Shown one piece after another: positions 9,509-19,241 of a stretch of DNA of 64,000 bases. Source of the DNA: an uncultured bacterium. GTDB lineage: Bacteria; Acidobacteriota; HRBIN11; JAKEFK01. Below the pieces are notes generated by a model that was not told the DNA's origin, ran no database searches, and saw nothing but the letters and a program-made list of their open reading frames with translations. Location of the stretch: the NCBI GenBank assembly GCA_963837395.1, contig CAWINI010000003.1:430889-494888 (forward strand), given 5' to 3'. A program made the translations under genes and the position numbers. Numbering within the stretch: position 1 is the first letter of the stretch; each line of letters begins with the position of its first letter.

Positions 9509-11026
9509 CTACGAGCTCCGTGTTTGCGTCTGTGTCTGTGTTTGAGTCTGAGTCTGTGACTGTGATTCTAACATAGGCTCAGTTTCCGCTTCAGGCTCCT
9601 CTTCGGTTTGCGTTTGAATCTGCGTCTGCGTTTGCGTTTGTGTCTGCGTTTGCGTTTGTGTCTGAGTCTGCGTTTGCGATTGCGTGGCCTCAGTTTCCGG
9701 AGGTGGAGGCGGCTGTCGTGTCAGACAGACTAAGTGTCCATCGTTCAAACCAAGAAACAAACGATCATTCGCCGTCATTGGCGCAGAACGGATACGAACG
9801 CCGGCATTGAAGTCTCCAACTCGTAAGCCTGTGTGTGGATCAAATCCTAAAACTACAGTTCCAAATGGAGCAAGAAATATGAGTGCACGATCAAAATGCA
9901 TTCGATTGTAAACGCGAGACAATGTCGGACTCAACCATGTATGCCCACCATTTTTGATTTTGAAACTGTAAAGGAAATTATCGAATGAAGATGTAATAAC
10001 GTCTTCAACACGATTCAATCTTTCATTCTTATAAAACATCGGCACACCGCGAATCGCTGCACCAGTTTTATACTTCCAATACTGTATTCCTGTTTCAGGA
10101 TCTAATCGATAAAATGTTCCATCTTCGGTTCCAAAGAAAACACCTTCCGGACCAGCAATTGGTGAACCTTGAATTTCAGCACCTGCAACAAATTTCCATT
10201 TAACAAATCCCGCTTGAGTATCAACCGCGTAGAGCGTTTTATCATTGCAACCTACGAAAACTTTTTTGTTGTACACCCATGGTGAAGTCATACAAGGCGC
10301 ATCAATTTTAAAACGCCATCCGGGATCGCCTGTCTTTGCATTAATGCTGACGATAGATCCTTTCTGGCTAACAAAATACAAATTCTTTTCATCTGCCATC
10401 GGACGTGTCATGAAACTTTCACCATCAAATTGTTTTCGCCAATAAGCTTTTCCCGTGTCTGCTGAAATCGCGAAAATTTTTCCACCAGTCGTTCCAACAA
10501 ACAAAGCACGATTAATCAAAATAAACGCTTCTTCAATTCCATCACCTACATTCGCACGCCATACAGCCTGGCCATTTTCCTGACTCACCCGATGGATTCC
10601 GCCGGTTTTACTTGCGACATAAACAGTTGATTCATCCGTTTGTGGCTGAGCAACCAAAGGTGCAGGCGTTTTGTATTTCCAGCCCAACTGTAATGGAAAA
10701 CCAATGTAAAGATACTGCGATTGTGGCTGTGTTTGAGTTTGGGTCTGGGTTTGGGTTTGGGTCTGTGTTTGCGTTTGAGTTTGTGTTTGAGTTCGCGAAG
10801 TTTGAGTAGGTTTCGTTTGAGCCAGAACTTGCGCAAGGAGCTTAGCGCCAACAGATTCATCAACCGTAGGGTTTTGAAAAAACTCAGGCTCTGAATGATC
10901 CTTGTGCTGAATCAATTGGACAATTCGCTGAGACGCACGTACGGTGAGATTCAAATAAAGGCCGGATAATACTAGCGTCAGTACGATCAGTAACTTGTTG
11001 AGCTTCATAACTCGAATTCTTGCCAT
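9509..11026 (-). CDS. Exported PQQ-repeat beta-propeller protein flanked by (TQ)n low-complexity tracts. An alternative start at 11008 overlaps the upstream stop as ATGA.
   Basis: Repeated 'G.I.A.D..TG...W..' motifs such as 'GKIFAISADTGKAYWRKQF', 'LYAVDTQAGFVKWKF' and 'FYRLDPETGIQYWKY'. Signal-like N-terminus. TQTQTQ runs at both ends. Confidence 0.75.
   Translation of the reverse strand: MARIRVMKLNKLLIVLTLVLSGLYLNLTVRASQRIVQLIQHKDHSEPEFFQNPTVDESVGAKLLAQVLAQTKPTQTSRTQTQTQTQTQTQTQTQTQTQTQPQSQYLYIGFPLQLGWKYKTPAPLVAQPQTDESTVYVASKTGGIHRVSQENGQAVWRANVGDGIEEAFILINRALFVGTTGGKIFAISADTGKAYWRKQFDGESFMTRPMADEKNLYFVSQKGSIVSINAKTGDPGWRFKIDAPCMTSPWVYNKKVFVGCNDKTLYAVDTQAGFVKWKFVAGAEIQGSPIAGPEGVFFGTEDGTFYRLDPETGIQYWKYKTGAAIRGVPMFYKNERLNRVEDVITSSFDNFLYSFKIKNGGHTWLSPTLSRVYNRMHFDRALIFLAPFGTVVLGFDPHTGLRVGDFNAGVRIRSAPMTANDRLFLGLNDGHLVCLTRQPPPPPETEATQSQTQTQTQTQTQTQTQTQTQIQTQTEEEPEAETEPMLESQSQTQTQTQTQTQTRSS
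9510..9700 (-). repeat. Hexanucleotide-period coding repeat (ACN-CAR)n encoding the C-terminal (TQ)n/(QT)n tracts.
   Basis: Plus-strand text reads gtytgngtytgn... (for example gtttgcgtctgtgtctgtgtttgagtctgag). Confidence 0.8.
10725..10800 (-). repeat. Hexanucleotide-period coding repeat encoding the N-terminal (TQ)n tract.
   Basis: gtttgggtctgggtttgggtttgggtctgtgtttgcgtttgag. Confidence 0.8.
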
Positions 11027-11913
11027 TCCTTAGCAACGTGATAAGACGTTTTTGAAAAGCTTTTAGCTTCATCAGTATCCGGATCAAGCAACGGATTGGT
11101 ATGATTTAAATGCGTAAAAAAAATCTGAGACTTCAGTTGCGGAATTGAATTCAGGAATTCAATTGAATTCTGAATTGTAGGATGTGGTACAAGCCGGATA
11201 TTGCGTCCTGGCAATTCATCACCGGAGTAGAACGTCCCATCGAGCAAAGCGTACGTACTTTTTGATAACCAATCTGTGATTTGAGTGCGCACCGGATCCC
11301 AGGAATCAATATCGGGAATATACAACAGCGAATTGCGCGAACCTTGAATCAGAAAGCCATGAGTATCGGTAAATTCTTTGCGATGCGGAACGGCGAGTGG
11401 AGTGATGCTCAATGATCCAATTTGCACTGGCTTTCCGGATTCAAATGTGTGCAATTCAATATTTCCATTAGAGGCAAGTAAACTCCAGGGCGCATTCCGG
11501 GTTAAGTAGTCGGACATTTCAGCGCTACACCATACCGGAACTTTCTTTGTGGAAATTGACTCTTTACCCAGGTAAAGCAAGCCAGTGTAATGTCCCATAT
11601 GTGCGTGAGTCAACAAAATTCCGTCCAACAAATTCGGACGCACTGTCTGCGGAAACCTTCGCGTTAATTCCGCATATTGTTCACGAAGGTCAGGCGTAGC
11701 ATCGATCAAAACCAGCGAATTCTGATCCACCAGTGCCAGCGAACTAACAAAATGTTTTTGTGTTTTACAAATCTTCTGCGTGCATCCGATTTGCGGAATT
11801 CCTCCATCCTGCGCGATCCCGAGGACGATTGCCTTGGGCAAAGGTCCTGGAACAATTGCAAAGATCAACAGGGCCAGGAACCCTACTGCGCAATATGCCG
11901 TTTGTGTTTGCAT
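11005..11913 (-). CDS. PqqB-like metallo-beta-lactamase-fold hydrolase with a signal peptide.
   Basis: 'VLGIAQDGGIPQIGCTQKIC' resembles PqqB 'VLGSAAGGGFPQWNCNC..C'. 'LLTHAHMGHYTGLL' is an MBL His motif. Hydrophobic N-terminus. Confidence 0.65.
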   Translation of the reverse strand: MQTQTAYCAVGFLALLIFAIVPGPLPKAIVLGIAQDGGIPQIGCTQKICKTQKHFVSSLALVDQNSLVLIDATPDLREQYAELTRRFPQTVRPNLLDGILLTHAHMGHYTGLLYLGKESISTKKVPVWCSAEMSDYLTRNAPWSLLASNGNIELHTFESGKPVQIGSLSITPLAVPHRKEFTDTHGFLIQGSRNSLLYIPDIDSWDPVRTQITDWLSKSTYALLDGTFYSGDELPGRNIRLVPHPTIQNSIEFLNSIPQLKSQIFFTHLNHTNPLLDPDTDEAKSFSKTSYHVAKEWQEFEL

Positions 11914-11950
11914 TTATTTTCACTCATAATTCGATCGACAGAATAATAAG

Positions 11951-12727
11951 ATGATAAGAAGAATATTCCTAGCAGCGGGAGTATTGGCCTTACTTCTCAG
12001 TTTAGTTTGGTCGGCTATTTTAATATCGAACTCGATAAAAGAGAAACGCGTCTCCGACCGTTGGGCTAAGGAATTTGTATCGCTAGAATCATTTCCTGAT
12101 CGGTTTCCAACCACGAAAACAAATCAATCAGCATTAGAACTCGAAAAACTTTCGGCGCAGCTTGGGATTGAATTGGCTCCAAAATATGCCGCCAATCGGA
12201 TCCGTCCTTCAATTGCGCAACAAAAAGCATATAAAGCCCTAAGTAAAGAAATAAAGGCTCTTCTAAATAAAAGACTAAGTGATGGAATTTCAACCGATTT
12301 CAAAATTTCAGATGAATTACAAAAGTTTCTCGCAACAAACGAAAATAAATTGAATGAAATCGTTGAGTATGTTCTTCATCATGAAGTTCCTTTATGGGAT
12401 ATAGATCTTACGAAACATGTCAACGCTCCAATTCCCAATCTTCTGGGCCATATTGCTCTTCAATATCTTCTTAACCTCCGAGCTTCCCTTCTTTTTCAGC
12501 AATCTCGAATAACTGAGGCACAAGAGACTCTGGAAGCCTCTTGGAAAATTAACCAGCAATTACTTCAACGGCCGGAGATGATGAGCTATCTGGTTGGAGT
12601 TAACATACTAAGAGTTCAATCCGGCAATGTACGTCAAGTTCCAGTTGGATATACCACCTGGCATCCACGGCTAGTCGATTCCAAAATCCATGATCAACTC
12701 TGGACTGTAATGGAAGCTGACGTTTAG
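11951..12727 (+). CDS. Hypothetical membrane-anchored or secreted protein.
   Basis: N-terminal TM 'IFLAAGVLALLLSLVWSAILI'. No recognisable motif. Confidence 0.5.
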   Translation: MIRRIFLAAGVLALLLSLVWSAILISNSIKEKRVSDRWAKEFVSLESFPDRFPTTKTNQSALELEKLSAQLGIELAPKYAANRIRPSIAQQKAYKALSKEIKALLNKRLSDGISTDFKISDELQKFLATNENKLNEIVEYVLHHEVPLWDIDLTKHVNAPIPNLLGHIALQYLLNLRASLLFQQSRITEAQETLEASWKINQQLLQRPEMMSYLVGVNILRVQSGNVRQVPVGYTTWHPRLVDSKIHDQLWTVMEADV

Positions 12728-12750
12728 GCTTGTAAAAGGAGCGAGAGAAG

Positions 12751-13248
12751 GTGTTCTTTTCGATGCGGGGAGCGAAAAAGCCCACCGTCATGGACAAAAC
12801 TTTGAGTCCTTACTTTCGAAGTATGATTCTTAATTATGCCGAAGTAATGCTCCAATTCATTACCGATTTGAAGACGCGCGATCCTTGCTCTCCAAAAAAA
12901 GTAATAAAAGACTACGACGAAATCAAAAAGGTTTTCCCCAAATGGAACCGAATCGGCCCTGTTGCATTTTGGGATCCTGGAGGGTGGTGGAATCGCGAGG
13001 CGCGTCTTCGTGTAGATTTAGAACTTACGGACAAAATCTTACAAATAAAAGAAGAACTCAAGAAAACAAATTCATTAAAAAACAACGAAACTTTTAAGTC
13101 AGAGATTTGTCCTGGTCAAACTTGGAACTATGCCAATGAAAGCAATTCGTGCACGATTTCTTTTTCCAAAAAGGTTGACTGGTCGAAAGTAGACGAAATT
13201 CCCGAAGGCACCCTAATTCTTCCGCTTACATACAAATCGCCGCAATAG
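12751..13248 (+). CDS. Hypothetical protein.
   Basis: ORF track. Co-oriented 23 bp after the previous ORF. Confidence 0.45.
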   Translation: MFFSMRGAKKPTVMDKTLSPYFRSMILNYAEVMLQFITDLKTRDPCSPKKVIKDYDEIKKVFPKWNRIGPVAFWDPGGWWNREARLRVDLELTDKILQIKEELKKTNSLKNNETFKSEICPGQTWNYANESNSCTISFSKKVDWSKVDEIPEGTLILPLTYKSPQ

Positions 13249-13304
13249 ATTTTTTGTAATTGCGCGAAAGATGCCCGCGCTCATCCATATTTACGTTTTA
13301 CGTT

Positions 13305-13928
13305 TCACTTTTTTTCTTTTTCCCGGATCCGTTCTTGCCGGAAGTAAAAGCGGGTTTTTACTTCTTTTTGTTCGAAGTACAAAAAATCGAAATCAAGTTT
13401 GAAATCTAGAGCTTTTTGGGGAAGTGGAGGGAATAACAAAAATTTGCTTATCACATCGCCGTGTTTAATGATTTCCGGCGAATGGAAAATTGCTTTCTCC
13501 AGAATTTTGCGTTCATTCGCACTAAAGACTTCCAGTATGCTAAGCAAAGTTGAATATTCCAGCGGAAAAGAGGCTTCGGTTCCAATACGGATTGTGATCA
13601 TTCCCGGTGTGAAAGTGGCGTTCCCATTGGTTCGATTAAAAATCGTCACCAGAAAAATAGTGGGGTTCTCAAATTCTTGTTGCAAAAACGGATTGCCAAT
13701 CCAGCCAGCGCCGCGTTCTCCGAAATAATTCGCGGCCTCGTCTCCCCTGACGGCCTTCATAATAATGCCCGCATTTCCGCTGCGGAAGTGGATTTCCTCC
13801 TGATTCACCACTTCGTAACCTTCATGTTCCACCGGATGGATCCAGAACGAATCGGCCCAAGCACTATAGTACGACGATAATAGTATTATTAGTATAGTGA
13901 CAGCGCTCAGGCTGTAGCTTTTTGACAT
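13305..13928 (-). CDS. Hypothetical secreted protein.
   Basis: Signal-like 'LSAVTILIILLSSYYSAWA'. Confidence 0.5.
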   Translation of the reverse strand: MSKSYSLSAVTILIILLSSYYSAWADSFWIHPVEHEGYEVVNQEEIHFRSGNAGIIMKAVRGDEAANYFGERGAGWIGNPFLQQEFENPTIFLVTIFNRTNGNATFTPGMITIRIGTEASFPLEYSTLLSILEVFSANERKILEKAIFHSPEIIKHGDVISKFLLFPPLPQKALDFKLDFDFLYFEQKEVKTRFYFRQERIREKEKK

Positions 13929-15040
13929 ACAAAAATCATATCCAGCGAAAGTTGGGGAAGAACTCTACCGAGCCGGTTAAACATTTTCATTAGCGGAACA
14001 TATTTTTGTTGATTCCATTCCGCCTGTAAATAATCACGCCGCGGATTTCCACTCAGCCAGTTTAACAGTACCTCCACATAAATTCCTGTGCTAACCACAA
14101 CTTTAAATCCGGACTTGGGAAGCACTTCATCGCGAAGTTCTTTATAAGACAACTCGTGCAAATGATCGGGCGAATAAGGACGTTCCCTGCCTTCAATTCT
14201 GGACAACAATCGTTCGCGATTTGGAGTCGTTAAGATCAGCATCCCTCCTGGCTTTAATATCCGCTTCCATTCTTCCAGCGCAAGTGCGGGATCGTTTACA
14301 TGTTCAATGATTTCGCCAACGAATAATGCATCAAAATATTCACTTCGAAATGGAACATGCAAAACATCGGAAATAAACCAGTAATTCTGCGGCACTTCCG
14401 CTTTCCGTTCCTTAATCAGGCCCGGATCTAGATCACCGGCAAAAATCTTGAATGGCCAATTCGGTTGAATATCAGTAAACAAACAGCGTCCGCAGCCAAG
14501 ATCCAACGCATTGCCGCCAGTGGGAATATGACGCGTAAATAATTTCTTCAAAACATCCAGCTTGTAGTAATGCATTGTTGGAAGAAACGGCAGAGGTGTT
14601 CCGTAACCGCCGGCGGCGTGTAAGCGCGCATAAAATTGCTTGAGTACTTGAGGATCATCAATTTTCATGATCACGTGTTCAAGCTGTTCAATCTTCATCG
14701 CACCATCACGAAGCACCAATTGAAGGTCCTGGAGCGGATCAAACAGATACGATGGATTCACCCAATACTCGCCACTGGAAATTTTGTTTCCATCCACGAT
14801 CATTTTTACTGAATATTGATCGATGGTTCGGAAGTCTACATGAACTTGAATCAGCCGCTTGCCGGGTGGAAGCTGAAATGACCACCAACCTAAGTGTGTT
14901 TCTGGATGTTCCTGGCGCAGATAGGAATAAATATCAACCGTAAACACGTGCGGCTTCTGGCGGAAATCCAACTCCACCGGAACTGCACCTTGAAATTCAT
15001 TCAGGCGAAAACTTCGCGTGAGTGGCGTTAATGTTTTCAT
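13907..15040 (-). CDS. Class I SAM-dependent methyltransferase with an uncharacterised N-terminal domain.
   Basis: Motif I 'ALDLGCGRCLF' and post-I 'GGMLILTTPN'. Confidence 0.7.
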   Translation of the reverse strand: MKTLTPLTRSFRLNEFQGAVPVELDFRQKPHVFTVDIYSYLRQEHPETHLGWWSFQLPPGKRLIQVHVDFRTIDQYSVKMIVDGNKISSGEYWVNPSYLFDPLQDLQLVLRDGAMKIEQLEHVIMKIDDPQVLKQFYARLHAAGGYGTPLPFLPTMHYYKLDVLKKLFTRHIPTGGNALDLGCGRCLFTDIQPNWPFKIFAGDLDPGLIKERKAEVPQNYWFISDVLHVPFRSEYFDALFVGEIIEHVNDPALALEEWKRILKPGGMLILTTPNRERLLSRIEGRERPYSPDHLHELSYKELRDEVLPKSGFKVVVSTGIYVEVLLNWLSGNPRRDYLQAEWNQQKYVPLMKMFNRLGRVLPQLSLDMIFVCQKATA

Positions 15041-15073
15041 CAGTACAAAATCACGGAGGGATAACCAACTGCC

Positions 15074-15313
15074 TTAGCCGAGCAGCTCGTAAATTTTTTC
15101 CCGCGCCTCCGGGTTCGTATAATAACCATCTTCGGAACGTCGCGGACCTGGAACGACCTTCAAAAAATCACGTGCAAGCATTCCTTCAACAAATACTTCC
15201 ACATCTTTTGGTGAAAAATTCAAACCACGAGCGATTTCTTCCACCGTAGTTTTATGACGCTGGCTCCGGATAAATCGGAGAATTTCAATTTCTTTCTGAC
15301 TTAGTTCTTCCAT
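15074..15313 (-). CDS. Small winged-helix-like DNA-binding protein (hypothetical).
   Basis: 79 aa with 'TTVEEIARGLNFSPKDVEVFVEGMLARDFLKV', which is HTH-like. Confidence 0.4.
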   Translation of the reverse strand: MEELSQKEIEILRFIRSQRHKTTVEEIARGLNFSPKDVEVFVEGMLARDFLKVVPGPRRSEDGYYTNPEAREKIYELLG

Positions 15314-15385
15314 TGTGAGTCTAATTTTGAACAGGACATTCTAGCATAGGTCTCAGCGTCTCAGTGGTCAAAATCCAAATTTTTG

Positions 15386-15414
15386 TTGACAAATTGTCGA
15401 GATTTTGCTACATA
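15386..15414 (+). promoter_or_regulatory. Sigma70-like promoter candidate (TTGACA, 17 bp spacer, TACATA) upstream of the M23 peptidase gene.
   Basis: Perfect -35 at 15386-15391 and a -10-like hexamer at 15409-15414. ATG at 15427. Confidence 0.4.
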
Positions 15415-15426
15415 AAGGTTGGCACA

Positions 15427-16755
15427 ATGAGAGAGGACTCGAACCGCCGATTTCGTTTTTCATATTATCACCTGGTAGTTTTAGGACTATTCGCAATTTC
15501 TGTCGTCTTTTACCTTGCCCATCGCGATTTGTCCCAGGAACTCACCGTTGAACCGAAAGCCGCTCTCATGTCCATTACGCCGATCACCCCAACACTGAGT
15601 TTCAAACCGAAACCGCCTGAACCAACGACCAAAGAAGTTGTCATCGCAAAAAATCAAACCTTCAGTGAAGTAATGGAATCGCAAGGGTTTGATTCCGACA
15701 CCATTTTTCAGATCTATGAAGGCGCACGTGATGTTTATGATCTCGCTCGTCTTAGCGCAGGAAAAGCATTTCTGATTACCAGGGCAGCTGATGATAGTTT
15801 TGCAAAACTCGAATATGCAATCGATCCATTCCAAAAGTTGATCATCAGCAATATCGATAACGCCATTCATGCAGAGATTGAGCGCTACAGCGCTGATGTT
15901 ATGGTGCATGAACTCGGCGGGGAAATTCAAGGATCGCTTTACAACACAATCGACAAATTGGGCGAAGATGATGAACTGGTAATCCGGTTTGCTGAAATTT
16001 TTGAATGGGATGTCGATTTCTTTAAAGACTTACAGGCCGGCGACACTTTCAGCATTGTTTATGAAAAACAATTTGTGCGAGGCGAACCTTACGGTTATGG
16101 AAAATTATTAGCAGCAGAATTGGTAAATAAAGGAAAAGTTTATCAGGCAGTTGGTTATCAGCATGGAAAGGATTGGGAATATTTTTCGCCTGATGGAAAA
16201 GCGATGAAGAAAGCATTTCTTGCTTCGCCCTTAAAATTCACTCGCATAAGCTCAGGATTTACTACACGCAGATATCATCCAGTTTTGAAAACATATCGTG
16301 CACATTATGGAATCGATTATGCAGCGCCTTCAGGAACGCCGGTTCGTGCGATCGGAAAAGGTCAGGTGATTTTAGCTGGCTGGGCAGGCGGTGCCGGCAA
16401 GACAATCAAGATTAGACATGATCGCGCAATTACAACGGTCTATTGTCACTTGTCGAAATTCGCAAGTGGAGTACGCGCCGGTGCATCGGTTTCACAAGGG
16501 CAGGTCATCGGATATGTTGGTTCTACTGGCTTAGCAACCGGCCCGCATCTGGATTTCCGTTATTTGAGGAATGGACAGTATGTAAATTTCCTCAGCGTGA
16601 AAGCTCCGCAAGCCGAACCTTTGAGCAGCAGCGAAATTGCACAATTTAAGTCAGCTTCAGCCGCAATGTTTGACCAGCTTCAAAACGTGAAAATCGTTTC
16701 GGTTGATGATCAGAAAATTGCGTCCCTTCCAGGCTCTGCATACTTCACTCAATAA
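15427..16755 (+). CDS. M23 family metallopeptidase (LytM/NlpD-like) with an N-terminal TM and a large periplasmic region.
   Basis: 'HYGIDYAAPSGTPVRA', 'HLSKF' and 'STGLATGPHLDFR' (HxxxD and HxH motifs). The start was moved to the internal ATG at 15427 after the promoter. Confidence 0.8.
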   Translation: MREDSNRRFRFSYYHLVVLGLFAISVVFYLAHRDLSQELTVEPKAALMSITPITPTLSFKPKPPEPTTKEVVIAKNQTFSEVMESQGFDSDTIFQIYEGARDVYDLARLSAGKAFLITRAADDSFAKLEYAIDPFQKLIISNIDNAIHAEIERYSADVMVHELGGEIQGSLYNTIDKLGEDDELVIRFAEIFEWDVDFFKDLQAGDTFSIVYEKQFVRGEPYGYGKLLAAELVNKGKVYQAVGYQHGKDWEYFSPDGKAMKKAFLASPLKFTRISSGFTTRRYHPVLKTYRAHYGIDYAAPSGTPVRAIGKGQVILAGWAGGAGKTIKIRHDRAITTVYCHLSKFASGVRAGASVSQGQVIGYVGSTGLATGPHLDFRYLRNGQYVNFLSVKAPQAEPLSSSEIAQFKSASAAMFDQLQNVKIVSVDDQKIASLPGSAYFTQ

Positions 16756-17383
16756 TTAACCGCAAAGACCCAAAAGAACTCCAAAAGTAGTCTGGATTCA
16801 TTGATCGAAGTTCATCGGAACTGTTTCCACCGGTGGCGATAAGAGCTACAGGAATACCAGCATTCCTGGCAGTCTCAACATCGATAACCATATCGCCAAC
16901 ATACAAGGTTTCCTTTTTGTCAGCGGTCAATTCCTTCATCAATTCTTCCAGCATTGCAGGATGCGGTTTCGGCTGTTTTACAACATCTGGCCCATAACAC
17001 GCTTCGAAAAATGGATTCAATTCGAAGCTCTCAAGAATTGTTCGGCTGTAAATGGAAGGCTTATTACTGGCTATTGCCATCTTAATTCCCTTTTCATATA
17101 AAGCCTGGATTGTCTCAGCCACTTCTGGAAGCAAAAAAGTTCCACGCATGACAGTTTCATCGTAACTTTTGCGGAACAATGCAATCGCCTGCTCTTTTCT
17201 CTGATCTCCAACAGCTTGCTGCATCAAATTTTCCAAACCTCTACCCACCATCTTTTTGACTGTTGCCAAATCGACTTTTGCAAGTCCGTAATTTTCCAAA
17301 ACGTAATTCAGACTTTCTTCAATTGCCTGATAAGAATCGATGAGGGTTCCATCTAGATCGAAGATGATTGTCTTAAATTTCAT
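16745..17383 (-). CDS. HAD-superfamily hydrolase (phosphoglycolate phosphatase-like).
   Basis: 'MKFKTIIFDLDGTLIDS' (motif I), 'ASNK' and 'YVGDMVIDVETA'. The track ORF start at 17464 overlaps ffh, so the internal ATG is preferred. Confidence 0.75.
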   Translation of the reverse strand: MKFKTIIFDLDGTLIDSYQAIEESLNYVLENYGLAKVDLATVKKMVGRGLENLMQQAVGDQRKEQAIALFRKSYDETVMRGTFLLPEVAETIQALYEKGIKMAIASNKPSIYSRTILESFELNPFFEACYGPDVVKQPKPHPAMLEELMKELTADKKETLYVGDMVIDVETARNAGIPVALIATGGNSSDELRSMNPDYFWSSFGSLRLIIE

Positions 17384-17417
17384 TAGCTCAAACCACCAAG
17401 ACTCTTGGTGGTTTCTT

Positions 17418-18740
17418 TTAACGTGGGAATGGGAAGCGCATTTTTTTCGGATCCATGTTGGCAACTTGCTTAATCATTTTCTGCGCCTGCACAAATTGTT
17501 TCAGGAGTCGATTGACTTCTTCAACCGTAGTTCCGCTGCCTTTGGCAATCCGTTTTCTACGACTTCCATTAATGATGCTGTGATTGGCACGTTCGCCGGG
17601 TGTCATTGAATTGATGATTGCTTCAATGCGAACCAGAGCCTTATCATCCACATTCAGATTTTTCATCATGCTGGAATTCACTCCAGGCAACATGCTCATG
17701 ATTTGTGAAATCGGACCAAGCTTTTTGATTTGTAAAAGTTGATCACGAAAATCTTCCAGTGTGAATGCTTCTTTTCTTAACTTTCTCTCTAGTTTTTCCG
17801 CTTGCTTGCGATCGAAAGCTTCTTCTGCTTTTTCAATCAACGAAAGCACATCGCCCATTCCCAAAATTCTGGAAGCAAGACGATCCGGATAGAAAACTTC
17901 AAGCTCGCTAACCTTCTCGCCAGTGCCCACCATCTTGATCGGCTTTTGGGTGACCATTCTAATCGACAGCGCTGCACCACCTTTTGCATCACCATCCATT
18001 TTGGTCAGGATCATCCCTGTAAGATCGAGTGCTTTATTAAATGCATCTGCGCTTTTGACTGCATCCTGTCCAGTCATTGCATCCGCAATGAATAAAATTT
18101 CTTTCGGATTGATTGCTGCCTTCATCCGCTCCAATTCTTTCATCAGATCTTCATCCAGATGAAGACGTCCTGCGGTATCAACCAGCACAATGGAGTATCC
18201 GGTATTCTTCGCTTCATAAACAGCTTTCTTTGCAAGGTCGACCGGATCTTGATCAGGAGTCGATGGATAAAATGGAACCTGGATCTGTTTTGCTAAAACT
18301 GCAAGCTGATCCATAGCTGCAGGACGATACACATCGGTGGAAACTAAATATGGAGAGCGGCCATTTTTGCGCAGCCACAATGCCAGCTTTCCTGAAGTTG
18401 TAGTTTTACCGGAACCTTGTAAACCAACCAGCATGTAAACAGTGGGCGGCTCAGTGAAAGCCAGACTAGAATTGCTGTCACCTAAAATGTGGATCAATTC
18501 ATCGCGGACGATTTTGACTACTTGTTGTCCGGGAGTTAATGAATCCAGAACTTCCTGGTTCAAACACTTTGATTGGACCGAATCGATAAATCCTTTAACA
18601 ACCTTAAAATTTACGTCCGCTTCCAACAACGCGATCCGGATTTCGCGCATTCCTTCTTCGATGTGTTTCGCAGTAAGCCTGCCCTCACCCTTGAGGTTTT
18701 TCAGTGTTCGTTGAAGCCTTTCGCTTAGTTGGTCAAACAT
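17418..18740 (-). CDS. ffh: Signal recognition particle protein Ffh.
   Basis: 'MFDQLSERLQ', 'LVGLQGSGKTTT', 'DTAGR' and an M-domain. Confidence 0.92.
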   Translation of the reverse strand: MFDQLSERLQRTLKNLKGEGRLTAKHIEEGMREIRIALLEADVNFKVVKGFIDSVQSKCLNQEVLDSLTPGQQVVKIVRDELIHILGDSNSSLAFTEPPTVYMLVGLQGSGKTTTSGKLALWLRKNGRSPYLVSTDVYRPAAMDQLAVLAKQIQVPFYPSTPDQDPVDLAKKAVYEAKNTGYSIVLVDTAGRLHLDEDLMKELERMKAAINPKEILFIADAMTGQDAVKSADAFNKALDLTGMILTKMDGDAKGGAALSIRMVTQKPIKMVGTGEKVSELEVFYPDRLASRILGMGDVLSLIEKAEEAFDRKQAEKLERKLRKEAFTLEDFRDQLLQIKKLGPISQIMSMLPGVNSSMMKNLNVDDKALVRIEAIINSMTPGERANHSIINGSRRKRIAKGSGTTVEEVNRLLKQFVQAQKMIKQVANMDPKKMRFPFPR

Positions 18741-18761
18741 ATTTTGCGTCTCTGTGGTTGA

Positions 18762-19238
18762 TTATTTGAAGAATGCGGTCATTGCGAACAAACCATAAAA
18801 CTTTTCATTCGTTGCTCGCAATCTCGAAGTTAAAATGCGGCAAAATTCCCAGAGGAATTTAGAGGCAAGTCCTGAATTCCGTTTCAGTAAGTCATGAAGA
18901 TCGGGGATCGAAATTTCCATCAATACGCAATTAGAATTTGCAAATGCACATGCTGATCTTACCGATTCATCCACAAGCGCCATTTCACCAAAAAAGTGAC
19001 CGGGACGTAATAAGGCCAGTGCTTCCTCACCCATGCCAGGGATTATTTTTGAAATCCGTACTTCGCCCTCACGAATAATATAAAATCGCGATGCTGGATC
19101 CCCTTCTGCAAAAATCTGACTGCCGGCTGGATATTGCCGGGTTACACAAATGCTAAGAATTTCAACCAGCTCGTAGTCTTCAAGCGGTTGAAATAAATTT
19201 ATTTGCCGCAAAAAATCGTGGTTATTGGTTTCAGTCAC
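18762..19238 (-). CDS. Cyclic-nucleotide-binding domain protein with no HTH.
   Basis: 'FFGEMALVDESVRSA', a cNMP-binding signature. Confidence 0.7.
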   Translation of the reverse strand: MTETNNHDFLRQINLFQPLEDYELVEILSICVTRQYPAGSQIFAEGDPASRFYIIREGEVRISKIIPGMGEEALALLRPGHFFGEMALVDESVRSACAFANSNCVLMEISIPDLHDLLKRNSGLASKFLWEFCRILTSRLRATNEKFYGLFAMTAFFK

Positions 19239-19241
19239 GTC

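Noticed and set aside
11005-11913. A PQQ biosynthesis operon implied by the PqqB-like gene.
   Set aside because: No pqqA, pqqC, pqqD or pqqE are in the window. The protein is exported. PQQ-repeat propellers do not imply PQQ synthesis.
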